A stretch of DNA of 64,000 nt from a bacterium (GTDB lineage: Bacteria > SZUA-182 > DTGQ01 > JAFGSM01), in NCBI GenBank assembly GCA_049472335.1, contig JBLIRO010000014.1:9684-73683 (forward strand), read 5' to 3'. The first letter of the stretch is position 1, and the number at the start of each line of letters is the position of its first letter. The notes beneath the pieces were generated by a model, which did no database searches, was not told the DNA's origin, and saw only the letters and a program-made list of their open reading frames with translations. Positions 29,909-40,506 of the stretch are shown here, one piece after another. A program made the position numbers and the translations under genes.

Positions 29909-31084
29909 ATGCCTCAGAAACCAAATCAAAATTTAAAGATCTTTTATTTATTGACGGATTCGGATTTCGGGGGAACTGAGGCATCTGTCAGGAGATTGGC
30001 TACCGGTATGAGGCAAAGAGGCTTTAAAATCGAGATTTGCAGCATTAAAAGGCCGGGATATATGGCAAAAGATATGATGAGCCAGGGATTCAAGGTTGCA
30101 AGCCTTGATCTGCCTTCCGGAATTACATGGAATTACCCGTTTCTTTTTTTAACCGGAATCATACGTTTAAAAAAACTCTTAAAGGAAGTGAAGCCTGACA
30201 TCATTCACTCCTTCCTCTTTCAGTCGAATTTGATGACAGCCATGTCCAGGTCTTTCATAGATGGGGAAAAGGCACCAATTGGGTTTATTTCTTCAGTCAG
30301 ATGTACAGAGGCCAATAAATCCTGCTGGAGGATCATCCTGGATCGGTGGGCATTAGGCAGGTCAGATCTAATTTTAACGGTTTCGGAGGCCGTAAGGAAC
30401 AAATATCTGGAAAGAGAAAATATTCAGCGAAACAGAATAAGAGTTCTCTATCATGGTGTTGATCAAAGATTTATGGAAGAACAGAAAAAAGTATCCGAAT
30501 TTCGCTCAAAATTGGGTGTAGGAAAAGAAGATGAAGTGATCGGCACAGTTGCCAGGTTACATAAAGACAAGGATATCGAGATTCTGATTAAGGCCTTTGC
30601 ATTAGCACTAAAATCCAGGCCACAAATAAAGCTTCTGATTATAGGCGACGGACCTGAAAAGAAGAATTTAAAGGAAATGACAGTTACACTCGGGATAATG
30701 GATAGGATCATTTTTACCGGATTTCAATCCGATGTCCTTCCCTTAATTGGGTTACTGGACATATTTTGTCTTACCTCAAAAGAAGAAGGATTTCCGCAAT
30801 CCCTTATAGAAGCCATGGCCCTTGAAAAACCGGTAGTAGTAAGCAGGGTAGGGGGAGTAATGGAACTGATTGAGGATGGTATAAGCGGCATATTAATCCC
30901 ACCCGGAAATCCGGAAACCTTTAGAGATTCTATTCTTTATCTTTTACAGAACCCTCAAAAGGCCCAAAAAATGGGAAATGCAGCAAAAGAAAAGATCAAG
31001 CATGGCTTTCTCCTTGATCATACCTTGGATAAAATGGAGGCCATATATGGAGAAGTTCTTCAAAAAGTAAGAGAAATGCGCTAG
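29909..31084 (+). CDS. Glycosyltransferase family 4
   Basis: GGTE, VARLHKDK, EGFPQSLIEAMA. Confidence 0.92.
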   Translation: MPQKPNQNLKIFYLLTDSDFGGTEASVRRLATGMRQRGFKIEICSIKRPGYMAKDMMSQGFKVASLDLPSGITWNYPFLFLTGIIRLKKLLKEVKPDIIHSFLFQSNLMTAMSRSFIDGEKAPIGFISSVRCTEANKSCWRIILDRWALGRSDLILTVSEAVRNKYLERENIQRNRIRVLYHGVDQRFMEEQKKVSEFRSKLGVGKEDEVIGTVARLHKDKDIEILIKAFALALKSRPQIKLLIIGDGPEKKNLKEMTVTLGIMDRIIFTGFQSDVLPLIGLLDIFCLTSKEEGFPQSLIEAMALEKPVVVSRVGGVMELIEDGISGILIPPGNPETFRDSILYLLQNPQKAQKMGNAAKEKIKHGFLLDHTLDKMEAIYGEVLQKVREMR

Positions 31085-31096
31085 TGCTTAAAGCGC

Positions 31097-31186
31097 CAAG
31101 TGCTCAAAGTTAAGGAATGCGCTTTCAGCGCTGTTTTTTGGATAAAATGACTAAGATTACAAGTGCCTTAAGTTAAGAAATACGTT
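31097..31186. repeat. Degenerate 27-bp direct repeat within AAGTGC-rich intergenic stretch
   Basis: CAAGTGCTCAAAGTTAAGGAATGCGCT (31097) vs CAAGTGCCTTAAGTTAAGAAATACGTT (31160), 21/27 identical. Confidence 0.6.
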
Positions 31187-31191
31187 CCTAA

Positions 31192-33123
31192 ATGCTTGAA
31201 CTATTGCTAAAACTAGTTATAAAATCATTATCGGATATATTTTTTATTTTATTTCTTTTGATCCTTTCACTGGGATCAGGGAAAAAGATATGGTCCCGCC
31301 TGTTCGATCCTCCGGCTACATTTATTGATTTTATTGAAGAAGGCATATTTTGTATATCCATAGGCTTGGGAATACTTGCCCTGATCATTTTAATTGTGGG
31401 GCTATCCGGAATCCTGCAATTTTGGAGTGTCCTGTCCATATTTATCTTACTTTTAATACTGGCATTCAGAGAAATAAAAGAGTATTTTTCAGGTATTTTT
31501 TGCTCCCAAAACGCGCTTTTTTATCCTTTATCTCACGATCGGCTCTTTCTTATTCTATCACCCTTTCTAATTATTGCCTTTATCTGGTTGTTTCTTGCAT
31601 CCAGAATCCCCCCTGTTTTTTATGACGCCCTTGTATATCACTTGGGGATACCCAATCAGTATCTCATACATCACACAATTCACTTTATACCCCATTCTAT
31701 TCATTCACATCATCCGTTTTTGATTCAAAATCTGTTTGCAGTATGTCTTCTTTTTGGAGGGCAGGGTACTGCGAAACTTCTTGTAATGATGTTTGCTATC
31801 TTCAATTCCCTATCTCTTTCAATCTTTGCAATCAGATTGTGCAAAAGGCCTGTTTCATGGTTAGCTGGAGGAATTTTTTTATTAACACCTACAGTCCTCT
31901 TAACAGGGGCCTTGGTAAACGTAGATCTCGGTTTTTCACTCTATACCATTCTTGCAATTTATGCCTTATGTATGTGGTCCATAAACAAGGATAATAGATG
32001 GCTTATCATATCAGCCTTAATGACAGGTTTTTCTTTAGGTACCAAATATACGGCGATTATTCTCTGTTTCGGTCTTTGTATGTTGTGCCTGGTTTTTATC
32101 ATGATAAAAGAAAGATGGAATATAGGAAAAGCAGCGAAGGCCATTATTATCTTTGTCTTTATTGCATTATCCCTTGGGTCCGGATGGTACATCAAAAACC
32201 TTGTCTGGACTCATAACCCCTTCTACCCTAAATGGGCTTATATATGGGGAGATCCGAAAATACCCAAAGAAAATCTGGACGCCTTCAATTCATCAGCAAA
32301 TGCCTACAATTCAAAAGATGCAACAAGAAACAGTATCCTTTCCTTGCCATTGGATATCATCTTTCATCCTGAATGGTTTGGGGTAGGTGGCTCACCCGGT
32401 CTATTATTTTTAATATTATTTCCTCTTGCTTTTATTCCTGACAAAAAAAATAAATCATTTTATTTATTGATATTATTTTGTATTTTATATTATTTTTTCT
32501 GGGCCTATACCTTTAGAATGACCCGCTTCTCCCTGCCGCTTCTGGCTATCCTTATATTATTGGCAACGGGTACTCTGGCCAGGGTGTTTAAAGCTAAATG
32601 GAAGTTATTCAGCTATATAATCATCGCAGTTATTATGTTGGGTTTTTCCTATAACCTCTACCAATCCATAGCGACATTTACCCGGATATACGATCCATGG
32701 AAATACCTGACAGGAAGAGAAACAGAAGATGCCTATCTTTCCCGTGCAATACCAAGCTATCCTATATTCAAATATATTGACAATAACCTCTCTTCAGATT
32801 CTAAGATCCTTTTTCTCGGTGAAACAATAAATTATTACTGTCACAGGGATGTTGTTTCCCCTACGGCTTTTGACATAAATCCCATCATGCCGGTTCTCAA
32901 AAATGCGAAAAACAAGGCGGATGTTTATGATTATTTGAAAAAGACGGGTATAACACACATTCTCATTAATTTCCCCGGAATAGAACGGCTCGATCGCTCC
33001 TATAAAACATTCGGATTTACAGATAATGATCGAAAAATACTGGGAGATATTTTTCAATCCTCAACAGTTCTTGCAAGACTAATTCTTTCAGGGGGGGGAG
33101 AGATTGTACTTATAATGCCATGA
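31192..33123 (+). CDS. Multi-pass membrane protein, GT-C/PMT-like
   Basis: YDALVYHLGIP, GTKYTA, WYIKNLVWTHNPFYP; many TMs. Confidence 0.7.
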   Translation: MLELLLKLVIKSLSDIFFILFLLILSLGSGKKIWSRLFDPPATFIDFIEEGIFCISIGLGILALIILIVGLSGILQFWSVLSIFILLLILAFREIKEYFSGIFCSQNALFYPLSHDRLFLILSPFLIIAFIWLFLASRIPPVFYDALVYHLGIPNQYLIHHTIHFIPHSIHSHHPFLIQNLFAVCLLFGGQGTAKLLVMMFAIFNSLSLSIFAIRLCKRPVSWLAGGIFLLTPTVLLTGALVNVDLGFSLYTILAIYALCMWSINKDNRWLIISALMTGFSLGTKYTAIILCFGLCMLCLVFIMIKERWNIGKAAKAIIIFVFIALSLGSGWYIKNLVWTHNPFYPKWAYIWGDPKIPKENLDAFNSSANAYNSKDATRNSILSLPLDIIFHPEWFGVGGSPGLLFLILFPLAFIPDKKNKSFYLLILFCILYYFFWAYTFRMTRFSLPLLAILILLATGTLARVFKAKWKLFSYIIIAVIMLGFSYNLYQSIATFTRIYDPWKYLTGRETEDAYLSRAIPSYPIFKYIDNNLSSDSKILFLGETINYYCHRDVVSPTAFDINPIMPVLKNAKNKADVYDYLKKTGITHILINFPGIERLDRSYKTFGFTDNDRKILGDIFQSSTVLARLILSGGGEIVLIMP

Positions 33124-33971
33124 AACCACAATCGAACGGACCAAATATCATGATAGAGGCAACGGATAAGCCCTGGAACTCAGCTACAACTCTCTATATA
33201 GCAAGGAAACTGCAATCTATCACCAAGGGGAAATCCCTGTCCGTACTTGATCTGGGATGTGGCGACGGTACCGTACTCGAGTATCTTCTGGGATATGGTT
33301 ACGATCTCTGCGGATATGATCTTCCGGAATGTGCCGCTGCTCTTAAAAAAAGGATTAGCAAATATTTTGGTGCTTCATTCCATAAACATTTTCGTATAAC
33401 AGAGGATGAGCGATCAATCCCCTTTGAGGATAAATTATTTGATGTTATTTATGCGAATCAGGTATTTGAACATATAAGTTCTTTGGGCAGTATATTACAG
33501 GAATGCAACAGGGTTCTTAAGCCAAATGGCGTTCTGCTTGCCATTTTTCCTTTGGCGACCAGTCCCATAGAGACACATATAGGAATACCCTTTGCGCACT
33601 GGATACCCCAAGGGAATTTTCGTGTTCAATATCTCCGGTTTTTCTATGCTATGGGATTACGTTCCAGATCAAAAGGGATTTCATGTTTTGAAACAGCTAT
33701 CAATCAGGATCTGTATCTAAAAGAAAAGACCTTTTACCGATTTTCGAATGAAATTCGGAAACTTTCAATGCCTTATTTCCAATCATTCAAATGCGAAACC
33801 GATCTCCTGGTTCGTGCCAAATTGGATCTAATGAAAATAGACAAAAATCCCATAAAACATTTGTCCGGATCCTTTATCCGTCTATTTGAAGGAAATTGTT
33901 TAAGTTTACTATCAACATATTTTATTGATGCAGCTTTTTGTATGTCATATCCCAAAAAACATCAGAAATGA
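33120..33971 (+). CDS. Class I SAM-dependent methyltransferase
   Basis: VLDLGCGDG, FDVIYANQVFEHI, RVLKPNG. Confidence 0.9.
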   Translation: MKPQSNGPNIMIEATDKPWNSATTLYIARKLQSITKGKSLSVLDLGCGDGTVLEYLLGYGYDLCGYDLPECAAALKKRISKYFGASFHKHFRITEDERSIPFEDKLFDVIYANQVFEHISSLGSILQECNRVLKPNGVLLAIFPLATSPIETHIGIPFAHWIPQGNFRVQYLRFFYAMGLRSRSKGISCFETAINQDLYLKEKTFYRFSNEIRKLSMPYFQSFKCETDLLVRAKLDLMKIDKNPIKHLSGSFIRLFEGNCLSLLSTYFIDAAFCMSYPKKHQK

Positions 33972-33980
33972 GGAAAAACA

Positions 33981-34877
33981 ATGTATTATAATTCAATCTT
34001 GAATGCTATAGGAAATACCCCTATAGTAAAGATACACCATATCACTCATCGCGACGTTTATGCAAAAGCCGAATTTTTGAATCCTGGTGGAAGTATAAAG
34101 GATCGTGTTGCAAAACATCTAATAGAGGAAGCCGAAAAGGCCGGTCTTTTGAAAAAGGGCTCCATAATCCTTGAACCAACTTCCGGCAACACTGGCATAG
34201 GCATGGCCTTTGTAGGTGTACAAAAAGGGTACCGGGTAATCATTGCCATGCCGGAAAATATGAGTGAGGAAAGAAAAAAGATCATAAAGGCCTTTGGAGG
34301 AGAACTGCGTCTTACCCCTGCAGTGAAAGGTATTCAGGGAAGTGTCGATTACGCTGAGGAATTGGCAAAGAATGACCCAAATATCTACATACCACAACAA
34401 TTCGAAAATCCAAAAAATCCGGAGATCCATTATCTGACTACTGCCAGAGAGATATGGAAGCAGATGGACAAGGAAATTAGCGCTTTCGTCGCCGGGGTTG
34501 GAAGTGGGGGAACCCTCGGAGGGGTTGGAAAATTCCTTAAAGAAAGAGACCCGGGGATAAGAATTATAGCAGTTGAGCCGAAAAACAGCGCTGCCCTTCT
34601 TGGCAAGGAACCAGGCCTTCATCAGATACAAGGGATAGGAGACGGTTTTGTGCCAAAGGTCCTGGATATATCACTCATCGATGAGGTTATAACCGTGAGT
34701 GATGATGATGCCATTCAAACCACCAGAAAACTTGCAAAGGAAGAAGGTTTACTGGTTGGTACTTCATCAGGAGCGAATGTGTGGGCTGCAGTTGAAGTAT
34801 CTCTTCATCGTCCGGGTGCTGTTGTGACTGTGCTGCCGGACCGGGCTGAACGTTATTTCAGCACAAGTCTGATTTAA
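33981..34877 (+). CDS. cysK: Cysteine synthase
   Basis: NPGGSIKDR, EPTSGNTG, GVGSGGT, HQIQGIG, PDRAERYFS. Confidence 0.95.
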   Translation: MYYNSILNAIGNTPIVKIHHITHRDVYAKAEFLNPGGSIKDRVAKHLIEEAEKAGLLKKGSIILEPTSGNTGIGMAFVGVQKGYRVIIAMPENMSEERKKIIKAFGGELRLTPAVKGIQGSVDYAEELAKNDPNIYIPQQFENPKNPEIHYLTTAREIWKQMDKEISAFVAGVGSGGTLGGVGKFLKERDPGIRIIAVEPKNSAALLGKEPGLHQIQGIGDGFVPKVLDISLIDEVITVSDDDAIQTTRKLAKEEGLLVGTSSGANVWAAVEVSLHRPGAVVTVLPDRAERYFSTSLI

Positions 34878-34950
34878 GCCCGGTTCTTGTTGAGATCATA
34901 AAAAAGTCATTGTAGGAGTCTTTTACGACTTGAAAGCTGACAATTAAATC

Positions 34951-34991
34951 AAAAAAAAGGAAGGATCGCCATCCTTAGGTATCCTTCCTTT
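34951..34991 (-). terminator. Intrinsic terminator for cytochrome gene
   Basis: AAAGGAAGGAT...ATCCTTCCTTT arms; A-run on + gives U-tail on minus strand. Confidence 0.7.
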
Positions 34992-35021
34992 CAAAAAAAT
35001 TTCTAAAAACAGAATCCCGCT

Positions 35022-35804
35022 CTATTCAGTCTCCTCTGCACCTATAACCTTAAATTCCACCATATCGGCATAAGATTCATCATCATGACAGTTAAGACAG
35101 GATACCTTATTGGCCTTGTGCGCTTCTATATGACAATCTTCGCAACTTATATCAGCATCTTCATGTAGTTCATAAATATTCTCAATCTCTCCTGCTATAC
35201 GGGGATGTTCCGGATGGCAGGCGTCGCACTTTTGATATCTGATATCTGTATCGGAATGGCATACAAAGCAGGTATCCTTCATATCAGGCATGAACTTTTG
35301 CTGTCTTCCGTGAGCCACATTCTTGTGGCAGGGCATGCATTTATAACGGGTGCCTATTTTCTCGTTCAACTCGATATGCATCTTATGATTCAACTTTACG
35401 GTTTCAGCAGGATTGCTTTCTTCATCGAGTTTTTCAAGCTGGTCCATGGTATGGCAGCCCTCTCTCAGACAAATAACCGGCAATGTAGCCTCCACATGGT
35501 GATAACCCGCCATATGAAATAAAAGGGAAAATATCCCGTTTGCTTTGGCCTTTAGAAAATTCAGGAAACCGGGTTTTACATGACAAAGCATACAATTTTT
35601 CATATTTCTACCCTTGCCGGGTCCATGTTTACAAAGGGTCCAAGTATCAAAATATTCATTCATTTCATGACATCTATTGCAAAACCAGGGAGTACACGTA
35701 ACTTCAATACCAGCAACGGAAACAACAGCAATAACCAGCAAGACGATTACCAATATGATAAATTTTTTCATCCTACTTGACTTTTTTTTAGTACTTATCA
35801 CCAT
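35022..35804 (-). CDS. Membrane-anchored multiheme cytochrome c with NapC/NrfH-like N-terminus; 7 CxxCH + 1 CX4CH
   Basis: CNRCH, CMLCH, CLREGCH, CMPCH, CFVCH, CDACH, CEDCH, CLNCH; N-terminal TM. Confidence 0.92.
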   Translation of the reverse strand: MVISTKKKSSRMKKFIILVIVLLVIAVVSVAGIEVTCTPWFCNRCHEMNEYFDTWTLCKHGPGKGRNMKNCMLCHVKPGFLNFLKAKANGIFSLLFHMAGYHHVEATLPVICLREGCHTMDQLEKLDEESNPAETVKLNHKMHIELNEKIGTRYKCMPCHKNVAHGRQQKFMPDMKDTCFVCHSDTDIRYQKCDACHPEHPRIAGEIENIYELHEDADISCEDCHIEAHKANKVSCLNCHDDESYADMVEFKVIGAEETE

Positions 35805-36006
35805 TTACCTCCTTTTTGATTTATACAAGAGATTTAGAGTATAAAATTATAAAACTGAATTAATAAGCTATTAGAATTTTTATTCTAATGAAAGGGTTAT
35901 AAAAAGTATTATCTTAAATAATTTATATATAGTAAAACAAAAAATATACTCGATCTTTGAAATTATGTATGAAATCATTATACTTATTTATAATAGCTTT
36001 GTAAAG

Positions 36007-37074
36007 TCACCTGAGGTTTTTGATGTCCCAAAATGATCCTGTTTCATTTTTTACCCTTATTAAAAACTCAGGTAAAAGAGGGTCCTGTCTCATGAAAATT
36101 TTAAAGTCAGGATATAATCTTCTCAATCGATCCAGATTCTCACCTCCCTGTCCTTTTAATACTGAAAATTGTTCTGGAGCTGATTGAATAATAATAGACT
36201 CCTTAAGGTTTGAAGATTCAATATTCTTCTGAATAAATCTATTTATATGATTAAAAACTATTGCGGATTCTACCAATTCTCCGAAGGCGGGATGAAACGG
36301 ACCGGCACATATAGCCCCTTCTCTTTGTAAAGAGGGTGTGGGCTGTAATCCACACCTTATTATCTTTATACCTGACTTTCTTAAAAGTTTAATTCCATCC
36401 CTGCATAGGTTAATAGCGTCTGTCAAGGAAAGCGGATTATATAATCCCTTTTGGAAAAGTTCTTCCAGAGGCGTACCTCTAATTATTACGGCAGGGTATA
36501 GCCGGACAAATTCAGGCCTGAGAGAGATTACATTATGTATTGTGGAGAGGAATGATTTCCTGTCTTCACCCGGCAATCCCGGCATGAGTTGAACACCTGT
36601 AATAAATCCTTCATTTTTGAGCATGCTTAATGCCCTAACACACTCTTCCGGGTCGTGACCGCGTCCTGATTGTCGGAGTACTTCACGATCCATCGACTGC
36701 ACGCCCACCTCTACTGTTTCAACTCGATATTCCTTTAACAAATTTACTATATTTGAGGTGCAATAATCAGGTCTGGTTGAGATTCGTATTCCATCGATTC
36801 GTCTTTTTTTAATCATCTGTGAGGCTGGATTAAGAAGTTCTCTCTGAAGCCTTTCCGGAACCGCAGTAAAGCTTGAGCCATAAAAGGCTATCTCTTTGCG
36901 CACCTCATCGGAAGCAGCAGTATCCGGCTCCAGGCAGAATGTCTCGATCTCTTTGCGAATCTTTCTTATAGAGATCTTTGAATTGTCACCGGTTATGGTC
37001 TTTTGATCACAAAAGACACATTTATGCGGGCAACCAAGATGGGGAAGAAATATTGGAAGAATTTTGTAACGCAT
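36007..37074 (-). CDS. Radical SAM protein (Elp3/YhcC-like)
   Basis: GCPHKCVFC, STRPDY, VEVGVQS, QLMPGLPG, GPFHPAFGELV. Confidence 0.88.
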   Translation of the reverse strand: MRYKILPIFLPHLGCPHKCVFCDQKTITGDNSKISIRKIRKEIETFCLEPDTAASDEVRKEIAFYGSSFTAVPERLQRELLNPASQMIKKRRIDGIRISTRPDYCTSNIVNLLKEYRVETVEVGVQSMDREVLRQSGRGHDPEECVRALSMLKNEGFITGVQLMPGLPGEDRKSFLSTIHNVISLRPEFVRLYPAVIIRGTPLEELFQKGLYNPLSLTDAINLCRDGIKLLRKSGIKIIRCGLQPTPSLQREGAICAGPFHPAFGELVESAIVFNHINRFIQKNIESSNLKESIIIQSAPEQFSVLKGQGGENLDRLRRLYPDFKIFMRQDPLLPEFLIRVKNETGSFWDIKNLR

Positions 37075-37131
37075 TAAATTATCTATGATTTTTTCTAATC
37101 AGGATAAGCTGCAACAAATATAAAATATTCT

Positions 37132-38697
37132 TTAATGCAGGAAATGTCTTATACCTGTGAAGATCATGGCCATACCATGTTCATCTGCCGCCTTAATGAC
37201 CTCTTCATCATTTAAAGAACCTCCGGGCTGAATGATTGCCGTTGCACCTGCTTCCGCAGCAGCATCAACACCATCACGGAAAGGGAAAAAGGCGTCAGAA
37301 CCGACTACAGTTCCTTTCAGGGGTAATCTCGCCTTCATTATAGCCAATTTGGTTGAGTCTACTCGGCTCATCTGCCCTGCGCCAATCCCCACCGTTTGAT
37401 TTTCATTGGTAAAAACGATGGCATTGGATTTTACATGTTTTGTAACCTTCCAGGCGAAGCGTAAGGCCTTAAGTTCTTTTTCAGTGGGTTTTCTTTTTGT
37501 CACTATCTTCATCTTATCAGGATCCAAATCTATTAGATCCCTGTCCTGGATCAGAAGACCGCCTACAAGCTTTTTAAAAGTCCAGCCATGTCCGGGCCTT
37601 TCCTTCCAGGGGCTGACCTCCATGAGCCGTATATTTGGCTTCTTTTCAAAGACAGTGATGGCATCATTGGCAAATCCCGGCGCAATAACGGCTTCAACGA
37701 AGGTAGAGGAGATTTCACGGGCTGTCTGTGAGTCCACTTTCATATTAAATGCCAGAACGCTTCCGAACGCGGAGACAGGGTCCGTTTCATGCGCCAATTT
37801 ATAAGCTTCAACGAGGCTGAATGCGGAAGCCGCTCCACAAGGGTTGGTATGTTTTATTATAATGGCTGTAGGTTCGGAAAATTCCTTAACCAGCTCCAGT
37901 GCCGCCTCCAGATCTATAAGATTATTATATGAAAGCTCTTTACCTTGAAGCTTCCTGGAATTACCCACACAAGGCTCATCTGTATGCTCATGATAAAAAG
38001 CCGCCCTTTGATGGGAATTTTCTCCGTAACGCAAATCCTGGGCCTTTTCATATTCCATCATCATTATCTTTGGAAACATCTGTTCTTCTTCGATATGTGG
38101 TCCGTGCTCATTCATTGATACACGATCCAGATAGCGGCTTATCATCTGATCGTATCTGGCTGTGTGTTGAAATACCTTTTGCATAAGTCGATAGCGGGTT
38201 TTAATGCTTATTTCTCCGGAATTATTATCCATCTCCTCCAATATTGAATGATAATCCTCATGAGAAACAACCACTGTAACATCCTTGAAATTTTTAGCAG
38301 CGGAACGGAGCATAGTCGGCCCGCCTATATCTATATTTTCAACCGCTTCTTCAAAGCTTGTGTCCGGTTGGGCAATCTTTTGTTCAAAGGGATAAAGATT
38401 AACTACAACAAGATCAATGACAGGGTAGTCCTGATCCTTAAGCTGCTCCATATGTTCCGGTTTGTCTCGCCTGGCAAGCAATCCGGCATGTATTTTAGGA
38501 TGAAGGGTCTTAACCCTGCCCTCAAGCATTTCAGGATGGCCAGTAAAATCAGACACCTCTTGCACCTTGATTCCATTTTCAGTAAGAATTCTTGCCGTTC
38601 CGCCTGTAGAAAGGATATCAAAACCGTGTTTTTGCAATCCCTTGGCAAATCCTATGATTCCTAATTTATTCGACACGCTGATCAAGGCCCTTTTCAT
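37132..38697 (-). CDS. purH: Bifunctional AICAR transformylase/IMP cyclohydrolase
   Basis: [50 protein letters not shown]. Confidence 0.98.
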   Translation of the reverse strand: MKRALISVSNKLGIIGFAKGLQKHGFDILSTGGTARILTENGIKVQEVSDFTGHPEMLEGRVKTLHPKIHAGLLARRDKPEHMEQLKDQDYPVIDLVVVNLYPFEQKIAQPDTSFEEAVENIDIGGPTMLRSAAKNFKDVTVVVSHEDYHSILEEMDNNSGEISIKTRYRLMQKVFQHTARYDQMISRYLDRVSMNEHGPHIEEEQMFPKIMMMEYEKAQDLRYGENSHQRAAFYHEHTDEPCVGNSRKLQGKELSYNNLIDLEAALELVKEFSEPTAIIIKHTNPCGAASAFSLVEAYKLAHETDPVSAFGSVLAFNMKVDSQTAREISSTFVEAVIAPGFANDAITVFEKKPNIRLMEVSPWKERPGHGWTFKKLVGGLLIQDRDLIDLDPDKMKIVTKRKPTEKELKALRFAWKVTKHVKSNAIVFTNENQTVGIGAGQMSRVDSTKLAIMKARLPLKGTVVGSDAFFPFRDGVDAAAEAGATAIIQPGGSLNDEEVIKAADEHGMAMIFTGIRHFLH

Positions 38698-39096
38698 CTT
38701 TTTCTCCTTTGATCTGATTGTTTATATTTAATGTTTTTATTTGAAAGGTATTTTCTCGTCATCCCCTGGTTTAAAATCTATAAAACGATCTCAATCACAA
38801 AGACAGCCTTATTATATAATTAAATAACAATTATTTTTTTATTATATTAATTTCTTCTTGCCTTTATGATTTAGTGGCTTATAATATCGGGGTGTTTTTT
38901 TCTTCTGCCCGGCACTGGGAAGTAACAATATATCTTAAGATTACTCATAATACTCAGATTTTACGGGACTGTCAAATTAAAAATTACAAAAACCTTTATT
39001 GTTGTAAAAATGCCTGTCTCTGTGCAATAATATTTATCTTGTAAATCTCAAATGACCGGATACGAATTATCTTAAAGATTATTCTGGAGAAATATT

Positions 39097-40506
39097 ATGA
39101 AAATAGAAGATTTCAGAATTGACTGGCAAAAAGAACTTATTCCCCATCATAAGCCTGATATGATATATGAATGCATCAATTGCTCTCATAGCTATAAAAT
39201 AGATCAATTCCTTTATACATGTCCTTCATGCAAAAGTCTTCTGAAGATAAGGGACCTGAATTTCGATCTTTTAAAAAAATGCCCCGGCGAAACATGGAAA
39301 AAGATCTTTGATCAACGTAAGCTACTTAATATATCAGCATTGAAGGGAATTTTCCTTTTTCAGGAACTGATCCTGCCTATTGTGCCGTTGAAGGATGTCG
39401 TTTATCTTGGAGAGGGACATACCCCTATCGTAGAGGCAAATGAGGCTCTAAGCGCTGAAGTCGGGATAGAATTCTTTATTAAATACGACGGCCTCAATCC
39501 TTCGGCCAGTTTTAAAGACAGAGGCATGGCAAGCGCCATTAGCTTTATCAATTATTTTGTTAACAGCAAGGGCATTGAACAGATACTTGGGATATGCGCC
39601 TCCACAGGTGATACTTCTGCTGCTGCCGCCCTCTATTTGGCGTATCTTGATCATACAAAAGTAAAATCCGTAGTATTGCTTCCACAAGGCAAGGTCACTC
39701 AACAACAACTTTCTCAACCCCTGGGCAGCGGTGCCACAGTTATTGAAATACCCGGCGTGTTCGATGATTGTATGAAGATCGTAGAAGAACTGGCTGAGAA
39801 ATATCAGGTTGTTCTTCTTAATTCAAAAAATCCAATTCGAATCAACGGACAGAAATCATTTTCCTATGAGGTTGCCCAACAATTTGATTATAATAGTAAA
39901 AACCTTGTAGTGATCGTTCCGGTCGGCAACGCGGGGAACATAACCGCTCTCATGGAGGGATTCATCGATTTTTACAACCTCGGCATCATTGATAATCTTC
40001 CTCATATCATCGGGGTGCAAAGCTTCCATGCCGATCCGGTTTACCGCTGGTACAAGGAGGGTATATATAAACCTGTAAAAGTAAGGCCAAGTGTTGCCCA
40101 GGCTGCCATGATCGGTGATCCGGTTTCCTTTCCAAAGGTAAACAAACTGGTTAACGATCATTTTAAGGATAATTTCAGTGTGATTGAAGTGACTGAACAG
40201 GAGATCATTGAGTGGATGCTGAATACGAACCGTTATGGACATATCGTTTGTACTCAGGGCGGGGAAACTGTCGCAGCATTAAAGAAGGCTGTTCAATCAG
40301 GGATCGTTAAGAAAAATGATACCGTGGTGGTTGACTCCACCTCACACCAGCTCAAGTTTGTCGATTTTCAAACAAGATATTTTGAAGACGCATATCCTGA
40401 TGAATATGAAATTATTCCAAACTCAGAAATGAGCAATGCGCCAACCCCTTTACCTGCATCGGCAAGGGAGATTGCAAGATTTTTGAAGCTCAGGGAAAGG
40501 GATTAG
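39097..40506 (+). CDS. thrC: Threonine synthase
   Basis: LGEGHTP, NPSASFKDRG, CASTGDTS, VPVGNAGN; N-terminal CxxC..CxxC. Confidence 0.92.
   Translation: MKIEDFRIDWQKELIPHHKPDMIYECINCSHSYKIDQFLYTCPSCKSLLKIRDLNFDLLKKCPGETWKKIFDQRKLLNISALKGIFLFQELILPIVPLKDVVYLGEGHTPIVEANEALSAEVGIEFFIKYDGLNPSASFKDRGMASAISFINYFVNSKGIEQILGICASTGDTSAAAALYLAYLDHTKVKSVVLLPQGKVTQQQLSQPLGSGATVIEIPGVFDDCMKIVEELAEKYQVVLLNSKNPIRINGQKSFSYEVAQQFDYNSKNLVVIVPVGNAGNITALMEGFIDFYNLGIIDNLPHIIGVQSFHADPVYRWYKEGIYKPVKVRPSVAQAAMIGDPVSFPKVNKLVNDHFKDNFSVIEVTEQEIIEWMLNTNRYGHIVCTQGGETVAALKKAVQSGIVKKNDTVVVDSTSHQLKFVDFQTRYFEDAYPDEYEIIPNSEMSNAPTPLPASAREIARFLKLRERD

Noticed and set aside
38698..39096. ZMP/ZTP or purine riboswitch upstream of purH
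   Set aside because: No recognisable consensus elements on the minus strand by eye
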